Origin: Candidatus Aenigmatarchaeota archaeon
Lineage (GTDB): Archaea; Aenigmatarchaeota; Aenigmatarchaeia; GW2011-AR5
Assembly: GCA_016187335.1 (NCBI GenBank)
Contig: JACPJW010000001.1
Span: forward strand, 96,001 to 160,000
Length of the DNA: 64,000 bases
Direction: 5' to 3'
Made by a program: the position numbers and the translations under genes. Position 1 is the first letter of the stretch, and each line of letters starts with the position of its first letter. The notes under the pieces were generated by a model. That model had not been told where the DNA came from, did not search any database, and saw only the letters and a list, made by a program, of their open reading frames with translations. This document shows, one piece after another, positions 17,692 to 26,316 of this stretch.

Positions 17692-18700
17692 ATCTTTGCT
17701 TATAATCGCCCAGCCACGAGATAAAGTTTTTCTTTATCGCGCCGTCCACTGCGGCTTTTTCCGCGACCAGGAAGTCACCAACCTTTTTTACCGCAACAGA
17801 ATCTTTTTCCAGGACAGGAACGTCAGCATCTTCCGTTTTTTCGGCAATGATTGCTTTCGGCATTTTTTTTGCAACAGCAGCAACATCAGCCCTTTTATCA
17901 ACGATTACAATCTTATCCCTCACGTCCGCGCCGGGCTCGTATTCAACGAGGATGTAATAATCCTTTTCCAATCCGGCGGGCAGAGTTTCCTTCTTCATGA
18001 CAGGCCTGCTTTTTGCTATAATGCCGGATATTTTCTTTCTCAGTTCCTCTTCGCGCTTCAGTTCGTAGCCGAGCTGCTTCATTTTCTGCTCCAGTTCTGC
18101 TATTTTCTTCCTAAGCTGGGCATTCTCCTTTTCATAGCGTTCTACCTGTTTTCTCAGCTCTAGAATTGACTTGGAATCAACAAGCCTTGAGACAATCCTT
18201 GTATCTTTCCTCTCTTCCGGCGCCAGCATTTTCAGCGCCTGCTCTATGTTGCTTGCCTCGCCCTTTAACAGCAATTCTTTGACGTCGCCTTTCAGTTCCG
18301 CGAAGCCTTTCCTTTCAAGGATAGTGTCTATTTTTTCCAGAAATGAAGAGAAATGTTTTTTCGCTTCCAGAGCCGCAGCCAGAGCGTCCTGCTCGTGGTC
18401 GTTTGCAAAGGAAAATTTTCTGGTCAGCGTTTCTTTTTGTTCAACAGCCATGTTTTCTTTCGGCACATGAATTCTTGCGCCAAATGTCGCGGCTATTTTC
18501 TTCACGAAGTCCGGCGCGCTTTTCTTGTCCGTGGCGATGATGAGCGGGTCGCCTTTGCTCACAATATAGTCGCAGACCGCAGAGAACGAAAAGTCCTTTC
18601 TGCTGGCAACATCAGCAAGCGATGAATCTATGTCAAGCAGCGCGACAGCCGTGGTCGTGCCGGGGTCTATGCCGACGATGAGCTTCCGGATGGGGATCAC
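17648..18700 (-). CDS. DUF460-family protein (RNase H-fold N-terminus plus coiled coil)
   Basis: LIVGIDPGTTTAVA, IIATDK, NDHEQDALAAA. Confidence 0.85.
   Translation of the reverse strand: MIPIRKLIVGIDPGTTTAVALLDIDSSLADVASRKDFSFSAVCDYIVSKGDPLIIATDKKSAPDFVKKIAATFGARIHVPKENMAVEQKETLTRKFSFANDHEQDALAAALEAKKHFSSFLEKIDTILERKGFAELKGDVKELLLKGEASNIEQALKMLAPEERKDTRIVSRLVDSKSILELRKQVERYEKENAQLRKKIAELEQKMKQLGYELKREEELRKKISGIIAKSRPVMKKETLPAGLEKDYYILVEYEPGADVRDKIVIVDKRADVAAVAKKMPKAIIAEKTEDADVPVLEKDSVAVKKVGDFLVAEKAAVDGAIKKNFISWLGDYKQRYETNFSKKFDQKDR
17654..17685 (-). repeat. Family-1 palindromic repeat, near-identical to the start of tRNA intron 1
   Basis: Minus strand CAAACTTTTCCAAAAAGTTTGATCAAAAGGAT versus intron CAAACTTTTCCAAAAGTTTGATCAAAAGGAT (one extra A). 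Confidence 0.9.
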
Positions 18701-18759
18701 TGAATTAAATTGTCCTGAATGGCTTTAAAAAATTAAGCTGTTTAGTACTGCTGATCAGT

Positions 18760-19140
18760 ATGGGAAGCCTTCAGAAGCTGGAAATGCGCCAAATAGCGCG
18801 GGGTTATACTAGAGATCCTGCAGGATTTATTAAGAGGATGCTCGAGAGCGGAAGGGCAACAACTGAGGATTCAGGCACTGTTATTGCAGGTCGGTTGGGT
18901 CTCTATATGCTGCCAGCGGGAACCGACCCCAATGAGATAATCTCATGGCTTGGGCGCTACAAATCGTTATTCCAAGGAATAAATGCAAGGGGAAATATAA
19001 AGGGCCCTGTCATCTCTGGAGATTCTGGAGTGAAAGTTCAGATAGTCAGACCCGCTCGCGTCGAGAGAACACGATATACGTTCGATGTCGCAAGTGATGG
19101 TGACGGTTTGTATCACATTTCGAATCCTGCATCCGCTTGA
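18760..19140 (+). CDS. Hypothetical protein (ORFan)
   Basis: 126-aa ORF filling an intergenic gap; no motif recognised. Confidence 0.55.
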   Translation: MGSLQKLEMRQIARGYTRDPAGFIKRMLESGRATTEDSGTVIAGRLGLYMLPAGTDPNEIISWLGRYKSLFQGINARGNIKGPVISGDSGVKVQIVRPARVERTRYTFDVASDGDGLYHISNPASA

Positions 19141-19168
19141 AAACCTTCTCCTTATCTTTCTTCTTCGG

Positions 19169-19558
19169 TCACTTCGCCCCCTTAATCAGCACGTTCGCCC
19201 CGAACTTCCACACCAGAATCTCTCCGCCCTCAATGAGCTTGCCTTTTAATTCGTCGGGTATGGGCACCTCGCTCATATCGTAGGTTTCCAGATCCATCAG
19301 CTGAACGTTGTTCCCGGTTATGGCCACGACCTGCATGGACTTCTTCTCGACGATGGGAACGTCGACCTTCGCGCTGCCAGGCTTGACAATGATGCGCTTG
19401 ATGCCGTCGAATATGCCTACCGCCGTCAATCTTGCTTTCGCCGAGCCGTGCTTGCCTGCCTTGCTTATCTGCACGTCCTCGACCCTGCACGGCGCTTCGT
19501 CGATGAGGATGAATCCGCCTTCCTTCAGGTCCTTTATCTCTGTAGAGCGCTTTTCCAT
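19169..19558 (-). CDS. eif5a: Translation factor aIF5A
   Basis: SKAGKHGSAK hypusination loop. Confidence 0.95.
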   Translation of the reverse strand: MEKRSTEIKDLKEGGFILIDEAPCRVEDVQISKAGKHGSAKARLTAVGIFDGIKRIIVKPGSAKVDVPIVEKKSMQVVAITGNNVQLMDLETYDMSEVPIPDELKGKLIEGGEILVWKFGANVLIKGAK

Positions 19559-19632
19559 ATCAATCACATATTAAGGAGAAAAAGTCATCTTCAGTTTTAT
19601 TCCAGAATTAAGGATTATATACGGCATTTCAA

Positions 19633-19839
19633 TTACTCCAGCTTCCTGACAACAAACAGCACGTCGTTTTTCATCACAGTGCGGCGATTGGCGTGCTTTG
19701 AGATTTTGACGGCTTTCTCCGCTATTTCCAGGCCGAATTCTTCCACGGCATCCCTCAATTCCTCAACGGCTTCCTTGGAAATGCGCCGCGCGCCCGCTTT
19801 TTTGGCGATGCGCTCAAAGGGATAAAGAGGAAGTGTCAT
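19633..19839 (-). CDS. Archaeal histone (HMf-like)
   Basis: LP..PFERIAKKAGARRIS..A...HANRRTV..ND histone fold. Confidence 0.92.
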   Translation of the reverse strand: MTLPLYPFERIAKKAGARRISKEAVEELRDAVEEFGLEIAEKAVKISKHANRRTVMKNDVLFVVRKLE

Positions 19840-19888
19840 GACAACACTCTAAATTAATGGCAACGCAGGTATAAATTCGTGATCGGCA

Positions 19889-20149
19889 TCAGTCATCAAG
19901 CCAAGCAGTCGCGTTTATCATTAATCCGATTGCAGAAAAAACTGCTGCGTATGCCAAATCAGAAGGCACTGTGTCGGCGTTTCCTGACAGGTATCTGAAG
20001 ACAGCTTTCCCTGCTAATACGGTAGCAGTCGAGTAGAAAGCAAAAGAGCCTGCATAAATAAATGGTTTTCTTTTTACATCTTTCCAACGCGAGGACGATA
20101 TTTCCTTTAGGTGTTCTAATCTTCCCCTGAACTCTGCCATAATCCTCAT
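19889..20149 (-). CDS. Hypothetical membrane protein (ORFan)
   Basis: Two hydrophobic segments; no family recognised. Confidence 0.5.
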   Translation of the reverse strand: MRIMAEFRGRLEHLKEISSSRWKDVKRKPFIYAGSFAFYSTATVLAGKAVFRYLSGNADTVPSDLAYAAVFSAIGLMINATAWLDD

Positions 20150-20164
20150 GACGCAGCAAAGTTT

Positions 20165-21136
20165 TTATTTCAGCCTGCGGAGGAAACGGTACGTTATCTT
20201 CGGGTTGAACCAGACCGCGGCGAAACCTGCGACCACAACGAGCCAGTAGGAGATGAAGCGGTCAAGGATTATGGCGGAACCGGCTATGTGCTGCGTCAGC
20301 CCCAGCTGTATCAGGGCCAGGATCATGCCGCCCTCCACCAGGCCCAGGCCCCCGGGCAGCCACGGCACAGCGGACAGGACAAGAAATACTACCCAGATGA
20401 GCACGACGACCTTGAATGAGACCACCTGCCCCAGCGCAAGCAGGACAAGCCACATCCGCGCAAACTCCAGGAACTTCATGGATATGGAAATACCAAGCAC
20501 TGAAAACATGGTCTTCTTGTCGCTGCTCAGCTCATGGAACGAGCCGTAGAAGCGGGCGGCATAATCCCTCTCTTTCAGCACGCCGAACTTCGGTATCTTT
20601 GAGACCGCCCCGACAACGCTGTCAAGCCACTCCCTGTTCGTGCACACCTTGATGAAGACCAGGGTAAGGAATGCGGAGACTGCCAGAAAGACAAGCACTG
20701 CCGGTGACAGCTCGCCAGGTATGTCCTTGTAAAGGAAGAACACAGAAGCTATCACCACTATATATAGGGAGATGACTTCGGCAAGCACGTCCACAGCAAT
20801 CACGGCAGAGCCCTTTTCAGGGGTGATTTTATCCTTCATCATGTAGATTTTGACAGGCTCGCCGCCAAGGCGGGCTAAGGGCGACAAAAAGCCCACGAAC
20901 ATGCCGACCAGCGAGGTGTTGAATGCCTCCAAAAACCCCAGGCGGGCGTATTTCCTGGATATTACCATGAGCCGCAGGGCCGTGAACGCAAGAAGCAGCG
21001 CCTGGATGGACACTGCTATGGCAACAATCCCGAAATTTGCACCCGCCAGGGCCGCCAGAATCTGCTGCAATCCAAAGAATTCAGCTATGAAAATAATCAT
21101 GGCTATGCCAAGAACGAGCAGGGCAGCTTCGAGCAT
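20165..21136 (-). CDS. Lysylphosphatidylglycerol synthase TM / UPF0104 flippase-like protein
   Basis: LARLGGEPVK, PWLPGGLGLVEG, ILDRFISYW. Confidence 0.85.
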   Translation of the reverse strand: MLEAALLVLGIAMIIFIAEFFGLQQILAALAGANFGIVAIAVSIQALLLAFTALRLMVISRKYARLGFLEAFNTSLVGMFVGFLSPLARLGGEPVKIYMMKDKITPEKGSAVIAVDVLAEVISLYIVVIASVFFLYKDIPGELSPAVLVFLAVSAFLTLVFIKVCTNREWLDSVVGAVSKIPKFGVLKERDYAARFYGSFHELSSDKKTMFSVLGISISMKFLEFARMWLVLLALGQVVSFKVVVLIWVVFLVLSAVPWLPGGLGLVEGGMILALIQLGLTQHIAGSAIILDRFISYWLVVVAGFAAVWFNPKITYRFLRRLK

Positions 21137-21246
21137 GCTTGGATAATTGAAAGCAGCGTTTTAAACGATATTGTAGGTTAACAAACCATAATAGCGATAG
21201 TGTTGCAGGAAGCGTGCTGTAATGTGCCTGTTGCGTAATTGTTGTT

Positions 21247-21681
21247 TTATTCATTGCTATCTAAATAACTTTCTATTTCAAGAATTGTCTTTACAAGAAT
21301 CTTCGGATAAGCATCTGGTTGGAATAGTGTCGTTATCATTTCTTTTTGTTCATCGTTTAGCACAACAAGATAAACATATTGTGCATCTCTTAATTTCAAT
21401 GCGTGGAAGACCATTGAGTTCATTTCATCTCTTTCTGAATCATCTTCCATGCGGTCAATATAAGCATCTAACCTGAGAAAAAATTCTTTGGCTTTTTCTG
21501 GACTATTAAATTTTTCTTTGAAAGCCTTTTCTGTTTGTGTCGTAACTCGGGCTTTCATTCCGTTATTACTCAAATGATCTAAGAACTTGAGTAGGATTAG
21601 TCTTTCACGACAACTAATTTCTCGTCTTTTGAGTTGTGCAAGTACAGAAGAATGGGGGAAAAATTCTCTCACCGTTGCCAT
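21247..21681 (-). CDS. Passenger protein, possible degenerate PIN-like domain
   Basis: FFPHSSVL resembles PIN (F/L)DSSV; RDAQYVYL resembles DA.h.a; coupled by TAATG to the upstream ORF. Confidence 0.5.
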   Translation of the reverse strand: MATVREFFPHSSVLAQLKRREISCRERLILLKFLDHLSNNGMKARVTTQTEKAFKEKFNSPEKAKEFFLRLDAYIDRMEDDSERDEMNSMVFHALKLRDAQYVYLVVLNDEQKEMITTLFQPDAYPKILVKTILEIESYLDSNE

Positions 21682-21884
21682 TACTCATCACGTTCATCCT
21701 CAGGCAACGCTTTCATGAGCCACTCAGACGGCATGCCCTCTAATTCTTCCCATTCCACGCGGAATACGGGATTGAAAATTTTTTTTACGGCAAAGCCTTT
21801 GTGGTTTTTAAACTGAGCCCTAATCTCGTCTGGTAATTCTTGAATCTTATATACTTCATAGCCAACTAATCCCATATCACTCAC
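21681..21884 (-). CDS. Small passenger protein, possible antitoxin
   Basis: 67 aa, GAGGTGA SD, acidic C-terminus, overlaps the downstream start. Confidence 0.55.
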   Translation of the reverse strand: MSDMGLVGYEVYKIQELPDEIRAQFKNHKGFAVKKIFNPVFRVEWEELEGMPSEWLMKALPEDERDE

Positions 21885-22131
21885 CTCACTTTAATTATAT
21901 ATAAATGCTTGTCGCCAAGGGTAATAAAGATTTGTGTCCCAGTGTAATTGCCGTGTAATTCTGACCACAAAGTAAGAAAAGATTGAATACTTGCTGTTAA
22001 TTAGCACCTAAAATTATTTAATATCAAGCTGATAGGGTCAAGTGTCCGAATCGTCATCGTGCATATTTGTAGGTGCTACTGGTAGTGGTGGTAGGGCTGG
22101 TATAGCGCTAGTAGCGCAGGTCAGGAACTAA

Positions 22132-22335
22132 ATGTCAGACAAGACCGCTCAGGCATGGTCTAACGGCTTTCGGGTTTATTACAACTACATCCGTCCGCAC
22201 ACGGGCTTAGACGGGCTGACACCAGCACAGGCAAGCGGTCTTAACCTACCGCTTGAACAGAACAAGTGGCTGAGCCTCATAAAAATGTCAAACCAGCCAC
22301 AAATTGAGGCATCAACAAACGTGCAACAGGGGTGA
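22132..22335 (+). pseudogene. C-terminal fragment of a DDE (IS6-like/integrase core) transposase
   Basis: YYNYIRPHTGLDGLTPAQA motif; lies just inside the right IR; catalytic N-terminal part absent. Confidence 0.8.
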
Positions 22336-22550
22336 AAAACAGCAAAAAATCAACACTTCCTGCAACAAAGCCATAATAGCATGGTTTTTTATATTTAAAC
22401 CCTAAAAATACCGAAACCTTTAAATACTTTACGCCATAATGTTACCTTTTGTAATATTCCCGTAAATTTTCACTTTTTAGGAGTGAATGGGAATAAAGTG
22501 GGTTGTGGCTTGCAGTTACTAACCTACTTATTGAAGCAAAGGTGTGAAAA

Positions 22551-22790
22551 ATGGGATTAGAAAGCGGAGATTTGTCAGGAGTGCCGGTAATACGAAGCCT
22601 GGAAGAAATGAAGAGATATCTGGCGGAGGGTTCACATCGCGAACCTAGCGATGCTATTGCCGGTGCTTTATTAGAGTTTGTTCTAAACCAAGGTGCAGAC
22701 CCTGCGCATTTGAGGATTGCTTATGCGGGTGGCGCTACAGACGCAATAGGTTCATTATTGGAAGCTCGAGATCAATATAATAAAAGGTGA
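22551..22790 (+). CDS. Hypothetical protein (ORFan)
   Basis: 79 aa with AGGTG SD, directly upstream of tfb. Confidence 0.45.
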   Translation: MGLESGDLSGVPVIRSLEEMKRYLAEGSHREPSDAIAGALLEFVLNQGADPAHLRIAYAGGATDAIGSLLEARDQYNKR

Positions 22791-22796
22791 TAATCA

Positions 22797-23726
22797 ATGG
22801 CAGCAAAATGTCCTGAATGCGGTTCAAAATACTTTTACGAAGATCCTGAAAAAGCGGAGAAGGTCTGCGCGAAGTGCGGTCTTGTTATTGAGCACAGCAT
22901 GGTCGACACGGGCCAGGACTGGCGCGCCTTCGACCACGACCAGAAAGTCAAGCGCGCAAGAACAGGCGCTCCGCTTACGCACAAGCGTCATGACAAGGGT
23001 TTGACTACAGAGATAGGCAAGGGAGCAACCGAGCTTTTCAAGGTCCCGGCTAAAAAGCGCTCCCAGTTCTTCAGAATAAGAAAATGGCAGAAGCGTTTGC
23101 TTACAAGCAAGGACAGGAACATGTCCTTTGCCCTGTCGGAGCTCCAGAGGCTTGTTTCCTTCCTGGGCCTGCCGAAGACGCTTCACGAGGAAGTCGCGAA
23201 CCTCTACGAGAAAGCCCTGCAGAAGGGCCTTGTTCGCGGAAGAAGCATTGAAAGCATTATTGCCGCTTTAGTTTATGCGCTCGCGCGCGAATACGAGACG
23301 CCAAGGACGCTGACCGAGATTTCACAGGCATCAGGTATAGGCAAGCGCGAGCTTGGCAGGACTTATCGTTACATCTCGCGCAAATTGAGCATCAGAATTC
23401 TCCCGGCGAGAGCGGAAACATACATACCGCGCTTTTCCTCGATGCTGAAGCTTTCCGACCGCGTCCAGATGCGCGCAATAAAGATACTGAAAATCGCCAA
23501 GGAAAAGGACGTGATAAGCGGCAAGGGCCCTACGGGTTGCGCTGCCGCTGCTATTTACATAGCCAGCGTGCTTGAAGGTGAGCGCAAGACCCAGCGCGAC
23601 GTCGCTGACGTAGTCGGTGTGACAGAGGTCACCATACGCAACCGCTACAAGGAGATGGCCGAGGCGCTGGACATTGAGGAAGAGGTAGAGCGCAAAGCCA
23701 AGGAAGAGGAGAAGGCCGAGGTTTGA
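22797..23726 (+). CDS. tfb: Transcription initiation factor IIB
   Basis: CPECG..VCAKCG zinc ribbon, DWRAF B-reader, two cyclin repeats, VTEVTIRNRYKE. Confidence 0.97.
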   Translation: MAAKCPECGSKYFYEDPEKAEKVCAKCGLVIEHSMVDTGQDWRAFDHDQKVKRARTGAPLTHKRHDKGLTTEIGKGATELFKVPAKKRSQFFRIRKWQKRLLTSKDRNMSFALSELQRLVSFLGLPKTLHEEVANLYEKALQKGLVRGRSIESIIAALVYALAREYETPRTLTEISQASGIGKRELGRTYRYISRKLSIRILPARAETYIPRFSSMLKLSDRVQMRAIKILKIAKEKDVISGKGPTGCAAAAIYIASVLEGERKTQRDVADVVGVTEVTIRNRYKEMAEALDIEEEVERKAKEEEKAEV

Positions 23727-23753
23727 AGCCCTTTTCTTATAAGATGGAAATTT

Positions 23754-24347
23754 ATGAAACTAAGATTGCTAGCCGAAGAAATAACAAAAGCAGAGACTAT
23801 TGAATACTTAGCTGAAGGTGTAAGAAGAGTCGTTCCTGTTCATTTAGATTTTTCGGTAATCGGTGAAAGATATTCTAAAGGTAATGTATGGATGTGCAAT
23901 TTACATCATATAGGTATTAAATTCGTGCCTCCAAATTTAGACGAATACCTGTTAATTCTAACGCATTCACCATTTTCTTACAGGAGGAAAGATATCTCCG
24001 ATCGATTTGAATGGATTGGGAACGCCCACGAAATTAGCTATGCTGGATTATGTGATAATGAAAGTAGAATTCTCATCGTTGGCGGAGACAATTCTCCGAG
24101 TAATGGTAATGTTAAGGTTGCTAGCCATGAAATAGCTCATGCAGTTTTAGGTTATCCCGTAACTTGGGATTTTGAATCTATTCATTGTAAAAATTTTATT
24201 GGTAGCAAAAGATGTGTAATGAATACCGTACAGGAAGTAGGTCAGGGAGTAGGTAGAGACCTCGAAGAATTGTACTTAGGGTTTTGTCAGCCATGCACCG
24301 ATGCAATGAAAGAAGTTGAAAAAAATAAATTCACTCCAAAATCCTGA
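23754..24347 (+). CDS. Archaemetzincin-like Zn metalloprotease
   Basis: HEIAHAVLG...HC....CVM...FCQPC. Confidence 0.65.
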   Translation: MKLRLLAEEITKAETIEYLAEGVRRVVPVHLDFSVIGERYSKGNVWMCNLHHIGIKFVPPNLDEYLLILTHSPFSYRRKDISDRFEWIGNAHEISYAGLCDNESRILIVGGDNSPSNGNVKVASHEIAHAVLGYPVTWDFESIHCKNFIGSKRCVMNTVQEVGQGVGRDLEELYLGFCQPCTDAMKEVEKNKFTPKS

Positions 24348-24365
24348 CGTCATCCACGACGCCGT
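24331..24365 (-). repeat. Orphan copy of the 3' end of the 26317-27237 gene
   Basis: 31 bp (24335-24365) identical to 26321-26351; continues GAG TGA versus GAA TAG, so both copies encode ...GVVDDVRILE*. Confidence 0.92.
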
Positions 24366-24370
24366 GATTT

Positions 24371-25045
24371 TTACATCTGCAATTTCTCTATTCTCAAAAT
24401 CAGATTCGGGTCAGGGCACAATTTCAGGTATTTTTCTCTTTGCTCTATGCTGGCAACGCCGGGGAAATCTCCCTTCATTCCATGCATGTCCGCGATTACC
24501 TGGAAATGAAGGTGCTCGAACCACTGGCCGTTAACACTAAAATTGCCTATCTCCCCGATAGCTTCGCCCATTTGGATTTCCTGCCCTTCTTTTCTGCCTT
24601 CCAGAGACTCCTCGCTTAGATGTCCGTAAAGCGTGTAAAATACCGTGCCGCCAAGCTCATGCTGCAGGATTATTGTAGGACCGTAATCGCCGTGTCCTCT
24701 GTTATTGTGGAAGCTGTGAACAGCAGCGTCAAGCGGCGAGAATATTTTTGTTCCGGCAGGCAGGATCACGTCGATTCCAAGATGAATTGTCCTTTCGGCA
24801 AAAAGGCTGCTGTGCCTGTAAATTGTCCTGTCCTCGTTGTATCTGCCAATGCCAACTGCCGCATTGTTTAGCCGCAAGGTTTCTTTCACGCATCTGTCAA
24901 ATTCTTCGGCAGATCTTATGTCTATTTTCCGCAGCTCCTCATTGTCTTCAGTGAAATCGAAAACAAATATTTTCTCTTTGTTTAGGTCAAAAGAAATTAC
25001 TCTGCCTATTCTGTCTTTATTTCTTCTCAGAATTTCTTCCAGCAT
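24371..25045 (-). CDS. M23 family metallopeptidase
   Basis: HLGID (HxxxD), YGH and EHLHFQ (HxH) motifs. Confidence 0.85.
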   Translation of the reverse strand: MLEEILRRNKDRIGRVISFDLNKEKIFVFDFTEDNEELRKIDIRSAEEFDRCVKETLRLNNAAVGIGRYNEDRTIYRHSSLFAERTIHLGIDVILPAGTKIFSPLDAAVHSFHNNRGHGDYGPTIILQHELGGTVFYTLYGHLSEESLEGRKEGQEIQMGEAIGEIGNFSVNGQWFEHLHFQVIADMHGMKGDFPGVASIEQREKYLKLCPDPNLILRIEKLQM

Positions 25046-25049
25046 TTTC

Positions 25050-26045
25050 TCACCTCGGTAGAAACCAGACGTTAAGGTCTTCGTAAGGCCCTTCCACTTC
25101 TACGTCCCTGTCAGCGTCTATCCTGCAGTGCCTGTTCAGCCTTCCTGCGTATCGAAAGCCAAGGTTCGCTGACTGCTGGTTGACGCCGCGCGAACAAGCC
25201 CTGTCCTCTTCGAAAATAAGGTGAATGTCATTGCCGTATCTTCCAAGAAGCTCGTTTACAAGCGTGGCAACGCATGCCTGGTTCAGTCCGTTGCTCCTGT
25301 GACTAGGATCCGTAGCCTCGTCGCTGAGCTCGCTTATTCTCAGCAACCCTCTGCTTGTTTCGATCTCTGCTATTTCTGCTATTGCAACGGAAACAATGCT
25401 CCCGGAACCATGTCTTGCTAAAGCTACTATAGAAGTGGGTGTTTCGACCAATTCTGCTACATTTTCTTCAGTGAGAGGAAAAACGTAGTCTCTGTAAACT
25501 GCCTGGTAAAGCCTGAAAAGTTGCCTTATGTCCCCGTCACTTCTTATTCCAAGCTCTGTTACGTAGCCTCTTTCGGAAGCCTTTGAAAACGGGTCTCTTG
25601 AAGTAGCTGTTCTTAGCGATTCAAAAACTATTTCATCCTCTTTCAATACCGCATTTCCCTGTTCGATTCTTCGGGCGGAGTTTTCTCCGAAATATTGAAC
25701 CCCGTATCCTTGCCATTCTCCGCTTAAAGGAATGTATTCCGTCTCAAATCCCCGGCTGTAAAAATTTCCCAGCGGAGAAAAGCAATTTGGTTTTCTTATT
25801 CCAGACGATGCCAAGCATGTTCGTTCTGCTAATGGATATCTTGTTACGAATCTGAGCGTTATTCTGGATGCATATCTCCAATCTCTTACGATTCTTGCTT
25901 GTTCTATGAACGGCATAGCTCCATCAGAATGTTCAAGAACAGTTGTGCAGAATCCTTTCACCCTGTCGTTATGCCTGTCAAAAACAGGCTCTCCTATTCT
26001 ACCTATTGAACTGGCGCTTTGATATTCACCCTGCATTGTTATCAA
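25050..26045 (-). CDS. GNAT acetyltransferase resembling beta-lysine N-acetyltransferase (AblB-like)
   Basis: ELSDEATDPSHRSNGL (acetyl-CoA motif), RA.S.GVN..S.NLGFRYAGRL..HC.I, EDLNVW. Confidence 0.7.
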   Translation of the reverse strand: MITMQGEYQSASSIGRIGEPVFDRHNDRVKGFCTTVLEHSDGAMPFIEQARIVRDWRYASRITLRFVTRYPLAERTCLASSGIRKPNCFSPLGNFYSRGFETEYIPLSGEWQGYGVQYFGENSARRIEQGNAVLKEDEIVFESLRTATSRDPFSKASERGYVTELGIRSDGDIRQLFRLYQAVYRDYVFPLTEENVAELVETPTSIVALARHGSGSIVSVAIAEIAEIETSRGLLRISELSDEATDPSHRSNGLNQACVATLVNELLGRYGNDIHLIFEEDRACSRGVNQQSANLGFRYAGRLNRHCRIDADRDVEVEGPYEDLNVWFLPR

Positions 26046-26256
26046 CTCGGCTATTAACTACAGCGTAAAGCAGTTTTCTTCTTCTGTCAGAAAACGAGAA
26101 TGATTCCGCAATTGCTTTCCGCCTTCTGAGCACGGAAATATTGTACCTTAGAGTTCTCTCTGGAACTCTGATTGATTCGCGCAACTGGCGGATATTCATA
26201 GGTCTAGAAGAAAGAGCTTGTAGAATTCTTCTCTGCAGGACGCTTTTCACGTTCAC
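26026..26256 (-). CDS. Winged HTH DNA-binding protein
   Basis: RILQAL...MNIRQL...IRVPERTLRYNISVL. Confidence 0.7.
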   Translation of the reverse strand: MNVKSVLQRRILQALSSRPMNIRQLRESIRVPERTLRYNISVLRRRKAIAESFSFSDRRRKLLYAVVNSRVDNNAG

Positions 26257-26316
26257 CCATCGGAATCACTTGCACTTCATGTACGTGCACACTTTTATTC
26301 CTTTTCATAGCGGCAA

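Larger units (their letters stand above)
21196..22372. mobile_element. Non-autonomous IS6-family element (1177 bp) with passenger genes
   Basis: 17-bp terminal IRs GATAGTGTTGCAGGAAG (21196-21212) and CTTCCTGCAACAAAGCC (22356-22372) resemble IS6-type GGnnnTGTTGCA ends. Flanked by 8-bp direct repeat ATAATAGC (21188-21195, 22373-22380). Confidence 0.85.

Noticed and set aside
19118-19137. TTCGAATCCTGC resembling a tRNA T-arm or att remnant
   Set aside because: There is no complementary 5' T-stem or acceptor stem, and it lies inside an ORF.
22041-22131. Pro-rich reading frame fragment inside the IS6 element
   Set aside because: It has no start codon and is bounded by stops; at most a deletion remnant.
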